Below are positions 10,467 to 20,790 of a stretch of DNA of 64,000 bases, in pieces. Numbering within the stretch: the first letter of the stretch is position 1; the number at the start of each line of letters is the position of its first letter. Below the pieces are notes generated by a model. That model was not told the origin of the DNA. It saw nothing but the letters and a program-made list of their open reading frames with translations, and did not search any database. The DNA is from a virus (Duplodnaviria > Caudoviricetes), in IMG/VR virus record IMGVR_UViG_2884152688_000003, positions 1 to 64,000 of that record; one strand, given 5' to 3'. A program made the translations under genes and the position numbers.

Positions 10467-11219
10467 TTACTCTCCTATTTTAGTATTTAATAACTTTTTA
10501 ATTTCTGTTGGTTCTTTGTCTTCTGCTTTAATTTCTTCAAACAAATCACTCCTTACCTCATGTTTTTGATAAAGTTCATATACATATTTTCTCCACTTTC
10601 CCTTTTTATAAATAGGTTTTTCATAAAATAATTCTAATTTCCCATTTTTATCTCTTGCAATCCATTTCTCTTGATTCCTAAATACTATAAAGTTTTCTCT
10701 TGAATCAAGTAACTCCTGAAATCTTTCAATATTTTTAATCTTTAGCTCTTCCATAACGTTCATTAAATCGTCAGGGTTGGAGTTTTTAATTAAATCTGTC
10801 TTATACTCGTCTACTTTTGGATAATAAATCATTTCATCTTTATCTAGTATATAGTCAGTAAAGTTATACCTATAATTATATAGAAGCCCTGTAACCACTC
10901 TCAATTTATCTTCAACTACAACAATATCACCTATCATATACTTCGGACGTCTACATGGAATCACATCATTAATTACATCTTCTAATTTTACCCATGTTTT
11001 TTTCCAACTCCAACTCATGCTATTAATCTGGGAATACTCCAAAACTCCATCATTTAATCTGAAAGTAGAGTATATTTCATCATTGCTTATACGAAATGGT
11101 TCTTTGTTCTTTATTCCGTATAACAGTAATAATTCACTCTCACTCATATTTTTTATTTTCTCTTTTTCCAATCCTAATTTAATCTTCTCTATTTCGTAAT
11201 CCCTTATTCCAAATCCCAT
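10467..11219 (-). CDS. hypothetical phage protein, C-terminal domain shared with 16658..17293
   Basis: [14 protein letters not shown] motif. Confidence 0.7.
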   Translation of the reverse strand: MGFGIRDYEIEKIKLGLEKEKIKNMSESELLLLYGIKNKEPFRISNDEIYSTFRLNDGVLEYSQINSMSWSWKKTWVKLEDVINDVIPCRRPKYMIGDIVVVEDKLRVVTGLLYNYRYNFTDYILDKDEMIYYPKVDEYKTDLIKNSNPDDLMNVMEELKIKNIERFQELLDSRENFIVFRNQEKWIARDKNGKLELFYEKPIYKKGKWRKYVYELYQKHEVRSDLFEEIKAEDKEPTEIKKLLNTKIGE

Positions 11220-11260
11220 AATTATTCTCCTATTTTAGTTTAAATGTTTCTTTATTCTCT

Positions 11261-11893
11261 TTACCATCTGTCTTGACTTACCATGTCGCAGGCATATGAT
11301 ATATAACTTAATATGCTTTCTTTTAAGGGAAAGTCTGCTCTATCATTATTAAGTAGACTTTCTATATCAAAACTATCCCAATCATCTTCAAATTTTAGAA
11401 TAATGTCTCTAGATATTTTTTGGGTTTCAGCAATCGTACTTGTGCATAATCTATCCCAATTCTTAATAATAAATTCTTCCGAGAAGTCTTGTTTCTCTCC
11501 CAACTCGTACCAATCTATCTTATCTTCAAATTCATATATGAATTTTTCTCCCATGTTTTGTGTTCTAGACAGTAGTTTCCAATCTAGGATAGATTCGTAT
11601 TTTCTCATGAATGGTTCAGTTAAATTTACAACTTCATATAAAGTTACTGTTTTCATTTCATCTTCCATTTTAGAAATGAGGCTTAAGAAAAGTTCTTCCG
11701 ATATCTTAGATTTTATATATTTCAATTCACAACAGTTTACTTTATGAATATATTTTTTTATAAAATCATCTGATAAGTTTTGATGTTTAAAAGCTAAATT
11801 TATATCTAAATATTCAATATTCTCTTCTATGAAGTTTTCTTCCAATTCTTCTTCTTTCACTAATCTACACCAATCCACATATTTATTTTTCAT
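11261..11893 (-). CDS. tryptophan-repeat protein
   Basis: Repeats of lDW..ls..Q.lsE.FI. Confidence 0.7.
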   Translation of the reverse strand: MKNKYVDWCRLVKEEELEENFIEENIEYLDINLAFKHQNLSDDFIKKYIHKVNCCELKYIKSKISEELFLSLISKMEDEMKTVTLYEVVNLTEPFMRKYESILDWKLLSRTQNMGEKFIYEFEDKIDWYELGEKQDFSEEFIIKNWDRLCTSTIAETQKISRDIILKFEDDWDSFDIESLLNNDRADFPLKESILSYISYACDMVSQDRW

Positions 11894-11905
11894 TATTTAT
11901 CTCTC

Positions 11906-12586
11906 CTAGTCCAATCTTATTATTTTTTTATATACACATACGTGTTTTTCGTCATATTCTAAATCTTTATGGTAGTGTCCAAAGAACCACTTATCATATT
12001 TAACATTTATTTTAATATCGTTGAAATAATCTAATAGGTAATTGTCATATGCTCTATTAAATATGCTATTCTCAAAGTCTTTAATAAAGCAATGAGTTAA
12101 TATATAATCTACTTTATTGTTGCATTCACTAAGACTTTCTAGCCCATTGGTTAATTCCCTGTAATTAGGCAGCTCTTCTTTCCACCAAGATATATTTTCT
12201 TTCCTATACACCTTATCTATTGATTCAGCTCCACCCATACAGAAGAAACTCTTTCCTTCTATCTCAAAAATTTCTCCTCTCATAAGGTGTAACACATTAT
12301 CTCTTATCTTATGTACTTTACCACCTTTAAATTTTGCTATTGGATATTGGTTGAGAAGATTGAAATTTTCGTGGTTTCCATCTATAAATAAAGTAGTAAA
12401 TGGTTTGTTATTCAACCAATCTAACCAATAATTATCTGCTTTATTACCATTCCAAACTACACCAAAATCACCTAATACTATTAAAAGATCATTTTCATTT
12501 AACTTTTCCCTTGTTTTGTTTTTGGAATAAGAAAGCCTAGTTCCTATTCCTTCCCATCCATGTATATCCCCAGTTATATAAATCAT
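11906..12586 (-). CDS. calcineurin-like metallophosphoesterase
   Basis: GDIHG, LGDFG, GNHE, ILTH, FGHYH motifs. Confidence 0.92.
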   Translation of the reverse strand: MIYITGDIHGWEGIGTRLSYSKNKTREKLNENDLLIVLGDFGVVWNGNKADNYWLDWLNNKPFTTLFIDGNHENFNLLNQYPIAKFKGGKVHKIRDNVLHLMRGEIFEIEGKSFFCMGGAESIDKVYRKENISWWKEELPNYRELTNGLESLSECNNKVDYILTHCFIKDFENSIFNRAYDNYLLDYFNDIKINVKYDKWFFGHYHKDLEYDEKHVCVYKKIIRLD

Positions 12587-12588
12587 TG

Positions 12589-13011
12589 TTAAATTCGTCT
12601 TTCTTTAATGACATCTGGTAATAATGTGTGAGATATAATTTTATCTACATTCATGTGTATTTCAATCTTATCATCTAAAACACTTACTTTATATTTATGT
12701 TTTTTTATTTCTTCTAAAACCCCAAAAGAATGTTTTTCCCAATCTGACTGATTCATAACTATTACTAAAGTATATTCTTCCTTATACGAGCCTTCTACTA
12801 TATATTCAACTTCTACGGACTTTAAATCCCTTAAGACATCCTCTAATACATATTTATGGTATAAATATATTTGATGTTTAGCCATCTTTTCTTGCACATA
12901 ATTTAATTCACTTTCTAAAAACGCTTTATTCATATGATTGTCTAAAAACATAAAAAATATTATTATAAATAATACAGTGAATGTTACTATTACTCCTGTT
13001 TCAAATGACAT
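12589..13011 (-). CDS. membrane-anchored hypothetical protein
   Basis: ORF, N-terminal TM. Confidence 0.65.
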   Translation of the reverse strand: MSFETGVIVTFTVLFIIIFFMFLDNHMNKAFLESELNYVQEKMAKHQIYLYHKYVLEDVLRDLKSVEVEYIVEGSYKEEYTLVIVMNQSDWEKHSFGVLEEIKKHKYKVSVLDDKIEIHMNVDKIISHTLLPDVIKERRI

Positions 13012-13012
13012 A

Positions 13013-13531
13013 TTAATCCTCCTTTAAATGAGTCACACTATTCTCCAGTTGTTCTTTAAAAATAATTATATCTTCCGCTGTAAGTCTTGGTACATCTTCA
13101 CTAACAGCTATTCTTAAAATATCTTGTAATCTATTATTTGCTTTTATGAATAAGTAGATATCATATCCAAGTAAAACAGTTAAGCAACTTATCATAGGGA
13201 CAAAGCTTTGTTTCCAACCTATGAGATCAAGGAATAACTCAAACCCTACTATAACCAATATACATACTGAATAACTAAAGCTTTTATCTATACACTTCTT
13301 CCTCTTTTTGATTATGCCTGTCCCATTTAGTTTTACCATTATCCCTGTTTTAGATATTAATAGTAAACCTTTCATTAAATCTGCTGAAAACTTACACAAG
13401 CATAAACCACTTAGGCAAAAGAATATTAAATAATCATAATAATTCTCTCTACTTGGTTGTATTATTAGCGATAGTACAGTTGCCAACAATATACCTAAAA
13501 ATATTTCCTTATTTTTCTTTATAAACTTCAT
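13013..13531 (-). CDS. membrane protein
   Basis: ORF, four hydrophobic segments. Confidence 0.65.
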   Translation of the reverse strand: MKFIKKNKEIFLGILLATVLSLIIQPSRENYYDYLIFFCLSGLCLCKFSADLMKGLLLISKTGIMVKLNGTGIIKKRKKCIDKSFSYSVCILVIVGFELFLDLIGWKQSFVPMISCLTVLLGYDIYLFIKANNRLQDILRIAVSEDVPRLTAEDIIIFKEQLENSVTHLKED

Positions 13532-13561
13532 ATATTACCTTTCTTAATTAAAATAAATAAT

Positions 13562-14005
13562 TTATTGTTCCTTTTTTGTCTCAGTCAATATTTCTAAAAA
13601 TTCTAATATATCGGAAAGATGATTATCATGTTTTATAAACTCCATTTCTTCATGTAGTATTCTATAAAACTTTTCTTTACTTATAAAAGAATCCTCTAAA
13701 CATCCTTCTGCATCTATTCCATTCATATAAATATTTGCAATCTCTTCTAGATTTTTCTTTAATATTCCTGTGTAAAATCCATTTCCATAATCCTCATGGA
13801 CATCTATATCTTCTATAATTTCACAAATATCTCTTGAACTATATCTATATTCATACAAAATCCAATCATATCTCAATTTTACATTTTCTATTTTAAACAG
13901 TGTATCCAAAGTCCATTCATCATCTCTATATCTTGCATCAGCTATTATGTTGCCTATATCTTCTAGCCTACTCAACTCTATCAATTGTATTATTTCGTCT
14001 TCCAT
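13562..14005 (-). CDS. hypothetical acidic protein
   Basis: ORF with AAGGAG RBS. Confidence 0.65.
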   Translation of the reverse strand: MEDEIIQLIELSRLEDIGNIIADARYRDDEWTLDTLFKIENVKLRYDWILYEYRYSSRDICEIIEDIDVHEDYGNGFYTGILKKNLEEIANIYMNGIDAEGCLEDSFISKEKFYRILHEEMEFIKHDNHLSDILEFLEILTETKKEQ

Positions 14006-14042
14006 TACTTACTCCTTATCATTAAACTAATATTTATAAAAC

Positions 14043-14444
14043 TTATTTGTGCATTTTATCTGTAATGTGTTTTAAATTTCGTGTATATCTTCTAAGGTTC
14101 TTTTTTTCACCCTCATATGTTGTTGTCATCCTATCTAAGCGTCCATCCAGAGTCCAAATAGTCAAAGAATAACAACTTGGAGCTACCGATATAAAGTCAA
14201 TAATTGCACCGAATCTTTCTCTGTTTTTATCTGTCAAATCTCCTGTAATTTCAATTAGATATCCTTTGGTACTCATAGATATATTTATCATCTCTAGTTC
14301 GGCATCTGAATACTCATTTAAATGTATTTCAAAACCTCGAGTCTTATCTATATCAATACTTACTGTTTCCGACCTCCTTCTTCTTGCACTCCCAATATTC
14401 GTTGCCTCTTTATCAGCATCTATACATGTTACTCTTTTTATCAT
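14043..14444 (-). CDS. hypothetical protein (MIKR family)
   Basis: Start ATG 14444 behind AAGGAGG. Confidence 0.65.
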   Translation of the reverse strand: MIKRVTCIDADKEATNIGSARRRRSETVSIDIDKTRGFEIHLNEYSDAELEMINISMSTKGYLIEITGDLTDKNRERFGAIIDFISVAPSCYSLTIWTLDGRLDRMTTTYEGEKKNLRRYTRNLKHITDKMHK

Positions 14445-14537
14445 TTTACTCCTCCTTTTTTTTAACATACCCAAACCCTTGCAATACACCACTTTGTTGA
14501 CGTCAACAAAATGGGTAATTTAAATAAAATGCTGTTT

Positions 14538-14705
14538 TTATTCATCATTCCATATTTCTTTCATCTTGTTCCCCTCTTTTTCCTTAACTGATAATAATTC
14601 AGTTTCTCCATTTTCTTTTATCCGAATTACTGTTTTGTATTTTTTATCTTTGTCTCCTATCATTGCTGTTAAAATAAGATCTTTCTTATCTTTTGCCTTT
14701 TTCAT
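14538..14705 (-). CDS. 55-aa hypothetical protein
   Basis: Hand-read MKKAKDKKDLILTAM...EIWNDE*, AAAGGA RBS, flanked on both sides by the junction motif. Confidence 0.55.
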   Translation of the reverse strand: MKKAKDKKDLILTAMIGDKDKKYKTVIRIKENGETELLSVKEKEGNKMKEIWNDE

Positions 14706-14727
14706 ATTAATCCTTTTTTAATAAAAA

Positions 14728-15102
14728 TTACATTTTATGTAATAATACTTTTTCCTTACCATCTTCAACTATCCAAACTGCTTTTAAAAATAAATCTTCA
14801 GATGTTATAACTATAGAATGCTTATTTGATAATAAAGATATTTTTTGACAAAGTTCATGAAATATATTATTCGCAACATCCTCGTCTTGTTCGTTATTTA
14901 CCTTTATCCTTACATTCAATTCATCGCCTTTTTTGTTTTTCAGAAACCACCAAAAAGTATCGCCACGTCCTATGCAAGTTTCCATGTTGAAATCTCCTAT
15001 ATTTTCCATATCAATATTTTCAACATAAGTTCCTTTTTCTCCCATAATTCCATCTACTTCTTCTCCAGCTATTCTATCTATCCATGTTATTCTTTTAATC
15101 AT
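14728..15102 (-). CDS. hypothetical protein (MIKR family)
   Basis: ORF with RBS. Confidence 0.65.
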   Translation of the reverse strand: MIKRITWIDRIAGEEVDGIMGEKGTYVENIDMENIGDFNMETCIGRGDTFWWFLKNKKGDELNVRIKVNNEQDEDVANNIFHELCQKISLLSNKHSIVITSEDLFLKAVWIVEDGKEKVLLHKM

Positions 15103-15437
15103 TATTTTTTCTCCTTATATGTCACTAATTCATTTTCCATAATATTTATAAGTTCTTTTAATCTTGAAAATTTTCCATAACTATCTTTAATCGCTCTTCT
15201 TATTACTAAAGGAATAATATTCTCATTTACACCTATTTCTTCCAGTATTTGAATTGTATGACGATAGCCTGCATTGTTACTATATAATTCAACTAAACCA
15301 TCTATATCATTTAAATCAACTATACTCCCAATACATCCACCACTATCTCCACAAGTTTCGCATTGTAATTCTTCCCAACTTAATTCTTCACTATCTGTAA
15401 AAATCTCTCCGGTACAAGCTTCATATATATAAATCAT
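15102..15437 (-). CDS. CxxC-containing protein, tandem paralog
   Basis: MIYIYEACTGE...CETCGDS. Confidence 0.7.
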   Translation of the reverse strand: MIYIYEACTGEIFTDSEELSWEELQCETCGDSGGCIGSIVDLNDIDGLVELYSNNAGYRHTIQILEEIGVNENIIPLVIRRAIKDSYGKFSRLKELINIMENELVTYKEKK

Positions 15438-15784
15438 CTACTTCCCTTTCTTATACTTTTTAATTCATTACCTACAATCCTTATTGTTTTTTTTGCATCT
15501 GCTATTTCTTCATATTTATCCCATATACATCTATTCAATATCATAACTATGGTATTTTTAGACACACCTATATTTAATAATTGTTGAAAAGCATTATTGC
15601 CACCACCCACAAAACGATAATATAGAGATAACAAATCATCTATGTCATTCAAATCCCTTATTATTCCTATAGGTGTATGACTGTCCCCACAGCCATCACA
15701 ATCTTTAACCTTCAACTCATCCCAATTTAATTCTTTTTCACTCGTTATAAGTTCGCCAGTGCATTTTTCATATACATAAATCAT
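15434..15784 (-). CDS. CxxC-containing protein, tandem paralog
   Basis: MIYVYEKCTGE...CDGCGDS. Confidence 0.7.
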   Translation of the reverse strand: MIYVYEKCTGELITSEKELNWDELKVKDCDGCGDSHTPIGIIRDLNDIDDLLSLYYRFVGGGNNAFQQLLNIGVSKNTIVMILNRCIWDKYEEIADAKKTIRIVGNELKSIRKGSR

Positions 15785-16031
15785 CTTCTATACCTCTTTT
15801 TTTACTAAATTTATCTCTTACACCTCTCAATATAATTGTCATTTTATTGTTTATTATTGAATATTCCGATATTCTTTATATATTTTTTTACATTTTCTCT
15901 TCTTATTTCTTTATTTAATCGTTTTTTTTGATTAACTAATATCAATTTTCTATATTTATCAGGTTCTTCTTCCATTAAATATAATAATTTCCAAAATTTC
16001 ACATTTATATGTCCTTCTCATCTTAATGAAA

Positions 16032-16463
16032 CTAAACTTTCATTGATTTTCTTATTTCTTCTATATCATATAAAAGAGTTCTTTCTATTCCATTCAATAA
16101 GATATTAAATTGATTTTTTGTAATATCTAAAAATTTGAAACAGTTAACAATTTTTGCCATAGAACAACGTTCTGTATAATACAACCTATCAAATATTAGT
16201 GTTAAATCATTCAAATTATTAACATCATCTATTTGAGCAATAGTATCTCTAGTTTCCTCTAAAGAAAGAGAAATTCTTTCCCAAAATGAATTATAGTTAA
16301 CAAATCCTTTTTCTCCCGCACTTATTCTTTCCCCTATTTCTATTTCTGGAATTTCTTCTCTTAATATTTGTTCAAACTCTTCATTTGACATATTATCTAA
16401 TATTTCTTCTATTCTCTCCACTTGCTCTTTCATTGTCTTTTTCATATATCTCTCATTTCCCAC
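16032..16463 (-). CDS. hypothetical protein
   Basis: ORF in operon. Confidence 0.6.
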   Translation of the reverse strand: MGNERYMKKTMKEQVERIEEILDNMSNEEFEQILREEIPEIEIGERISAGEKGFVNYNSFWERISLSLEETRDTIAQIDDVNNLNDLTLIFDRLYYTERCSMAKIVNCFKFLDITKNQFNILLNGIERTLLYDIEEIRKSMKV

Positions 16464-16645
16464 TCATCACATTCATTCGGGACTTCTATTTCATATTCAA
16501 TTTCATCGAAGTCTAATTCTGTTAATTCTTTTGAAATCGTTTTCCCTAATAAATATAATCCTTCACTATCAAGTTCACCATAATCATCTTCATCAACTTC
16601 ATAGTAACAAGTCATATTTTTATGTATTATTATTTCTCTGCTCAT
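16442..16645 (-). CDS. small acidic protein
   Basis: ORF in operon. Confidence 0.6.
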   Translation of the reverse strand: MSREIIIHKNMTCYYEVDEDDYGELDSEGLYLLGKTISKELTELDFDEIEYEIEVPNECDEWEMRDI

Positions 16646-16657
16646 CTACTCTCTTTC

Positions 16658-17293
16658 TTAAATATTCTCTAATCTCACTATTTTTACTGGTTCACTATTA
16701 TACCATTGGATAGACTCAAAAGAATTATCTTCTAAAGGTAATTCTTTCTCTAATCCTACACTTTCCCACTCTTCACAATTGCAAGAATCACCACAAGAGG
16801 TTTTAGCAGGTTCTTTTTCAAATAAGATTAATGCTTCATTCCTACCTTCTCGTTCATTTTTGGCTATCCAGTTGTATTCTTTATCGATATATTTCATTAT
16901 CCTTAACTCATCATCGCTACATTTTTGAACTGTTTTAGTCGCTTCGTGGTCTATACAACTATTCCCGACCATTTTGTTATCGCCTACATAATACCAAATT
17001 TTATCAAGACAATCTTTAGTTATACTGTTGATGTAATATATTTTGTATCCATGTTTAATATTTCCACAAACAACCTTATCTCTAACTTTATACATTACCT
17101 TTCGTTCGTTTTCAATTGAATGATCTATATCTGTTAAGTTCAGGCTTTCACACTCCTCCCAGATTACACCCCTAAGTATAAATAATTCTCCATTAAATAT
17201 ATTGTATTTCTCATTACTTATTCTAAAAATTTGTCCTTCTTCTAAATCGTAATGTTCTTTAATTAATTCTAATATTCTTCCACTTAATTTCAT
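16658..17293 (-). CDS. hypothetical phage protein, paralog of 10467..11219
   Basis: FRISNE, WIAKN...LILFEKEP. Confidence 0.7.
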   Translation of the reverse strand: MKLSGRILELIKEHYDLEEGQIFRISNEKYNIFNGELFILRGVIWEECESLNLTDIDHSIENERKVMYKVRDKVVCGNIKHGYKIYYINSITKDCLDKIWYYVGDNKMVGNSCIDHEATKTVQKCSDDELRIMKYIDKEYNWIAKNEREGRNEALILFEKEPAKTSCGDSCNCEEWESVGLEKELPLEDNSFESIQWYNSEPVKIVRLENI

Positions 17294-17320
17294 AAGACCT
17301 CCTATTCCTTAATAAAATGA

Positions 17321-17539
17321 CTATTTTAACTTGTTTTTATACTCACTTAAAAGATTATATCTTTTTATCGGATTAAATTCTTTATAGTTAAACCTATAAT
17401 TTAAATATCCTCTAGCGTCCAAATTAAAATTCGGTTCAAAATCTTGAATCCTACTGCTAGGATACGTATATCCTGTTCTTTTATTCACTAATACCATATC
17501 GGCTGTATCAGAGCTAATTTTAAATGTTAGTAAGTTCAT
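17321..17539 (-). CDS. hypothetical protein
   Basis: ORF with AAGGAGGTG RBS. Confidence 0.65.
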   Translation of the reverse strand: MNLLTFKISSDTADMVLVNKRTGYTYPSSRIQDFEPNFNLDARGYLNYRFNYKEFNPIKRYNLLSEYKNKLK

Positions 17540-17593
17540 TAAATATCACTCCTTTTTAATATAATCATACTTTTATCATAAATACGCATTTTA

Positions 17594-18058
17594 TTACATT
17601 GCGTACATACCATTACTTAAATCTTTTTTATGCTGTTCTATGAAATCATTAATTTCTTCAAATATTTTTTTATATGATTTATCGCAAACATTACCTTCGA
17701 TTTTTATACATGGAGTCACAAAATTGATTTTAGACTCATTCTTATATGTCTGATATTGTTTGTAATATCCATTTTCTAATACTATTATCAAAACTTCATC
17801 ATTAGAATTTATTATTTTGTTCATAATCCTATCAGATATTTTTCTTACATCTTCTATTGTAAAATCTTCCGTAACTTTGAATTTTATTTTTACTGAAATT
17901 ATCTCCTGTATTGGATTACACATCTGAATATCCAAACATGGTTCAGTATATAATTGTGTTTTTAACTCTCCACCTGAAAAATCATATTTTTCTAAATCAT
18001 TATGAAACCACAATGTACTTTCTTCTTTCAAACTCTTAATAACCATTTTTTTTATCAT
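17594..18058 (-). CDS. hypothetical protein
   Basis: ORF with AAGGAG RBS. Confidence 0.65.
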   Translation of the reverse strand: MIKKMVIKSLKEESTLWFHNDLEKYDFSGGELKTQLYTEPCLDIQMCNPIQEIISVKIKFKVTEDFTIEDVRKISDRIMNKIINSNDEVLIIVLENGYYKQYQTYKNESKINFVTPCIKIEGNVCDKSYKKIFEEINDFIEQHKKDLSNGMYAM

Positions 18059-18121
18059 ATATTCTCCTTTAATTCACCCTATTTTTATATTTTTCTTATA
18101 TAGTATAATTATGTTTTTTTA

Positions 18122-18634
18122 TTATCCATCTATTAGCAAAGGTTCGATACACCTTTTATAGTAGTCTGGTATATATTCTTTTGTTACATCTAATAAACAA
18201 GATGGTTCAACGTCTAAACCCAAGTCGAAGTCTTTAGACATCTGTAATATATATTTCTTATCTTCTTTGTCTTCTCTCATGTAGTCATTCAATTTCTCTA
18301 TTTCATATTCTGTAATCAATCTATTTGTTTCTATGAAATACATTCGTTCTTTCATAAACATTGACACTTCTAAATCCTCGCCTATCCCTTTCGGGAAAAT
18401 ATCATCAAACATTTCTTTTATAACATCCCTAGGTTCATTCAACAAAGACCCTACTATATCAACCTTTACTTTTTCAATTTCCGTCAATCTGTTGTAATCT
18501 AAGTTTATCAAGTCGACACCGATTCTTTCTCCACAGTAACTTAATAATGAGTTTAAATTCTTCCTTAAAATTTCTTGATATTCAAACGCATGAACAACTT
18601 TTAAATTACCTATTGCATAATAATATTTTTTCAT
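18122..18634 (-). CDS. hypothetical protein, paralog of 19183..19662
   Basis: Ends PDYYKRCIEPLLIDG; start ATG 18634. Confidence 0.65.
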   Translation of the reverse strand: MKKYYYAIGNLKVVHAFEYQEILRKNLNSLLSYCGERIGVDLINLDYNRLTEIEKVKVDIVGSLLNEPRDVIKEMFDDIFPKGIGEDLEVSMFMKERMYFIETNRLITEYEIEKLNDYMREDKEDKKYILQMSKDFDLGLDVEPSCLLDVTKEYIPDYYKRCIEPLLIDG

Positions 18635-18671
18635 ATTCAATAAAACCTTCCTTTTATTTAAAATACTTCTT

Positions 18672-19172
18672 TTATTTAATCCTTTCACTCCATTTAAACT
18701 TTTTTATATCATCATATCTAATTAATATAGATTCAGAGTAAACCGACTTTAACTTACCACCATACTTAATTTCCACAATTTCTGATTTTACGTTAAATGG
18801 TATCATAAACTCAAAAAATGGGTCATTCCCTAAGAAAGATTCTATGCTAAATACTTCATCTAAATCTATTTCCCATATACTCACTGATTCTTCTAAATCT
18901 TCTTCTAAATAAAACATTCCTCTAACAAAATAATATTTCATCTCTACATCTAATTCATCTCGGATAGCTCCATATATTTCAACTAAATCATCTGAACGAC
19001 CCTTTATAAATACTACTCCATCTCTCTCCATTTCATCTTGAAATTCATTAAAATTATATGATAAATCTAGTCCGTTTAATCTTTTCTTCCACTTATTTAA
19101 TACATTTATTTCTTCTGAACGTTTACGATGTTCATTCTTTATTTCTATTACATCCTCCAGCATCGTTTTCAC
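18672..19172 (-). CDS. hypothetical phage protein
   Basis: VFIKGRSDDLVEIYGAIRDE motif. Confidence 0.65.
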   Translation of the reverse strand: MKTMLEDVIEIKNEHRKRSEEINVLNKWKKRLNGLDLSYNFNEFQDEMERDGVVFIKGRSDDLVEIYGAIRDELDVEMKYYFVRGMFYLEEDLEESVSIWEIDLDEVFSIESFLGNDPFFEFMIPFNVKSEIVEIKYGGKLKSVYSESILIRYDDIKKFKWSERIK

Positions 19173-19182
19173 TTACTTCTCC

Positions 19183-19662
19183 TTATATGTCTAATAATAA
19201 TGGTCTAATATGTTTGTCATAGTAGCTCGGATTATCCTCTTTCAACTTATCTAATAAGTATCCTCCGTTTAAATTATCTGGAATATCATCTAACTTCTCA
19301 CAAAATAACAGTTCCATTTCATCTTCTGTTAATTCTCTATTTACTCCCAATACATATATACCACCACCATATTGTATTTCGATTGTTAAGTTTTCAATAT
19401 CCATATCTAATTGATTAAAGTATTCTCTAGCTTTCAACTCAAAATAACCTGCATCTTTTGTCTTGTTGAAAATAAAATGAGTTTCTAACAACCTTATTAA
19501 TTCCATTTCGCTAAGATTTTCTTCGTCTAGAGTATCTAGAGTTATTCCTGTTTTCCTTTCATAAAATTCAAACATTCTAGTTCTACTCATCCCTATTATT
19601 GCTTCTATCTCAAATGCTCTTATTAGTTCTTGATTTGTTGTTTTATATAAATATTCTATCAT
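19183..19662 (-). CDS. hypothetical protein, paralog of 18122..18634
   Basis: Ends PSYYDKHIRPLLLDI. Confidence 0.65.
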   Translation of the reverse strand: MIEYLYKTTNQELIRAFEIEAIIGMSRTRMFEFYERKTGITLDTLDEENLSEMELIRLLETHFIFNKTKDAGYFELKAREYFNQLDMDIENLTIEIQYGGGIYVLGVNRELTEDEMELLFCEKLDDIPDNLNGGYLLDKLKEDNPSYYDKHIRPLLLDI

Positions 19663-19664
19663 CC

Positions 19665-19698
19665 ACTTCTCCTTCATTATGTAAAATTCACTAGCTTT
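19665..19698 (-). repeat. 34-bp leader/RBS repeat, second copy at 20326..20359
   Basis: acttctccttcattatgtaaaattcactagcttt identical at both sites. Confidence 0.9.
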
Positions 19699-19723
19699 TA
19701 TTTGCCAACTTCTGCCGAATTAG

Positions 19724-19972
19724 TTAAATCCCAACTATTGTAGGAATTATTATAAACAGAATAAAACCGACAATAGCTATTACAATTGTTATATTTAATT
19801 TCCTTGATTTATCTTTATATAATGTTTTTTGTTCCTCAATAGTTTCTTTTGAGTAATTATATCGTTCGTATATCTCTAAAATCCTATAGGTTTCATTTTT
19901 TTTGATTGTATACTCAAATATAAAGCAAAAATTGAACACCCATGTAATAAATAAGAACGCAATTAGCGGCAT
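19724..19972 (-). CDS. small membrane protein
   Basis: Two TM segments. Confidence 0.6.
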   Translation of the reverse strand: MPLIAFLFITWVFNFCFIFEYTIKKNETYRILEIYERYNYSKETIEEQKTLYKDKSRKLNITIVIAIVGFILFIIIPTIVGI

Positions 19973-20042
19973 AATTCCCCCCCAACTTAGATTTTTCTAT
20001 AAATCCATAAGAATACCTATCTTTTATTTTCTCCTAATATTA

Positions 20043-20321
20043 CTATTTATTTACTATTTTAAATTTCCCATATTTACCAAATAATTCAAGATCATATCTA
20101 TGTACTAACTCTTTAATTTCCCTTGGACTGAATTCTGTCACTTCACAATTGAAATTTTGTATGTCTATTAAAGTTATTTTTTCTGAAGTTATATTTTTAT
20201 TGGCAAACTTGTTATAAGATGTTATTTTAGCTATTCCTATAAAAAATTTATCTCCACGCATATTTTCTACAATATCTCCTGCATAAATATTGTAATATTC
20301 TGGTGTAATATTTATTTCCAT
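20043..20321 (-). CDS. hypothetical protein
   Basis: ORF with RBS. Confidence 0.65.
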   Translation of the reverse strand: MEINITPEYYNIYAGDIVENMRGDKFFIGIAKITSYNKFANKNITSEKITLIDIQNFNCEVTEFSPREIKELVHRYDLELFGKYGKFKIVNK

Positions 20322-20374
20322 TTCTACTTCTCCTTCATTATGTAAAATTCACTAGCTTTATTTAATCTACTTCC

Positions 20375-20689
20375 TTATAAGTTAAATATCCAATCCCTCA
20401 TACCTCTATAATACTCATCTAACTCTTCAAGTAAGACCTTTTCAGTTGTCATTCTTATACTTATTGCTGAAACTCCGTCTTCTCTTTCTCCACTACATTC
20501 TATCCACACTGAATCTTCTTCCCCATTTAAAAATGCTTCTTTGTCGAATACAAAATCTTTGGGATTTGAATAGTAATTCAAGACAAGTTCTCTCATTGTC
20601 TCATTGTCTTCGTACTTTTTTAAATTTAACAAGTCACTGACATCATCACCTACTCCATAATGCCTTTTCATTTCAAAAATCTTTTTCAT
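20375..20689 (-). CDS. hypothetical protein
   Basis: Start ATG 20689 behind GAGG. Confidence 0.65.
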   Translation of the reverse strand: MKKIFEMKRHYGVGDDVSDLLNLKKYEDNETMRELVLNYYSNPKDFVFDKEAFLNGEEDSVWIECSGEREDGVSAISIRMTTEKVLLEELDEYYRGMRDWIFNL

Positions 20690-20761
20690 ATAATTTCCTC
20701 TCAATAAAATAAGAATTTCATTCAATTAAAAACACCAAAATACTAACTTTACTATATATCT

Positions 20762-20790
20762 ATTATAACATAATTTTTTTGTTATGTCAA
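20762..20790 (-). promoter_or_regulatory. consensus sigma-A promoter with overlapping ACATAA-N8-TTATGT palindrome
   Basis: Minus strand TTGACA-taacaaaaaaattatgt-TATAAT (17-bp spacer). Confidence 0.85.

Noticed and set aside
11238-14040. Weaker junction-motif look-alikes at about 11240 and 14021
   Set aside because: Spacer off by one and arms degenerate; not counted
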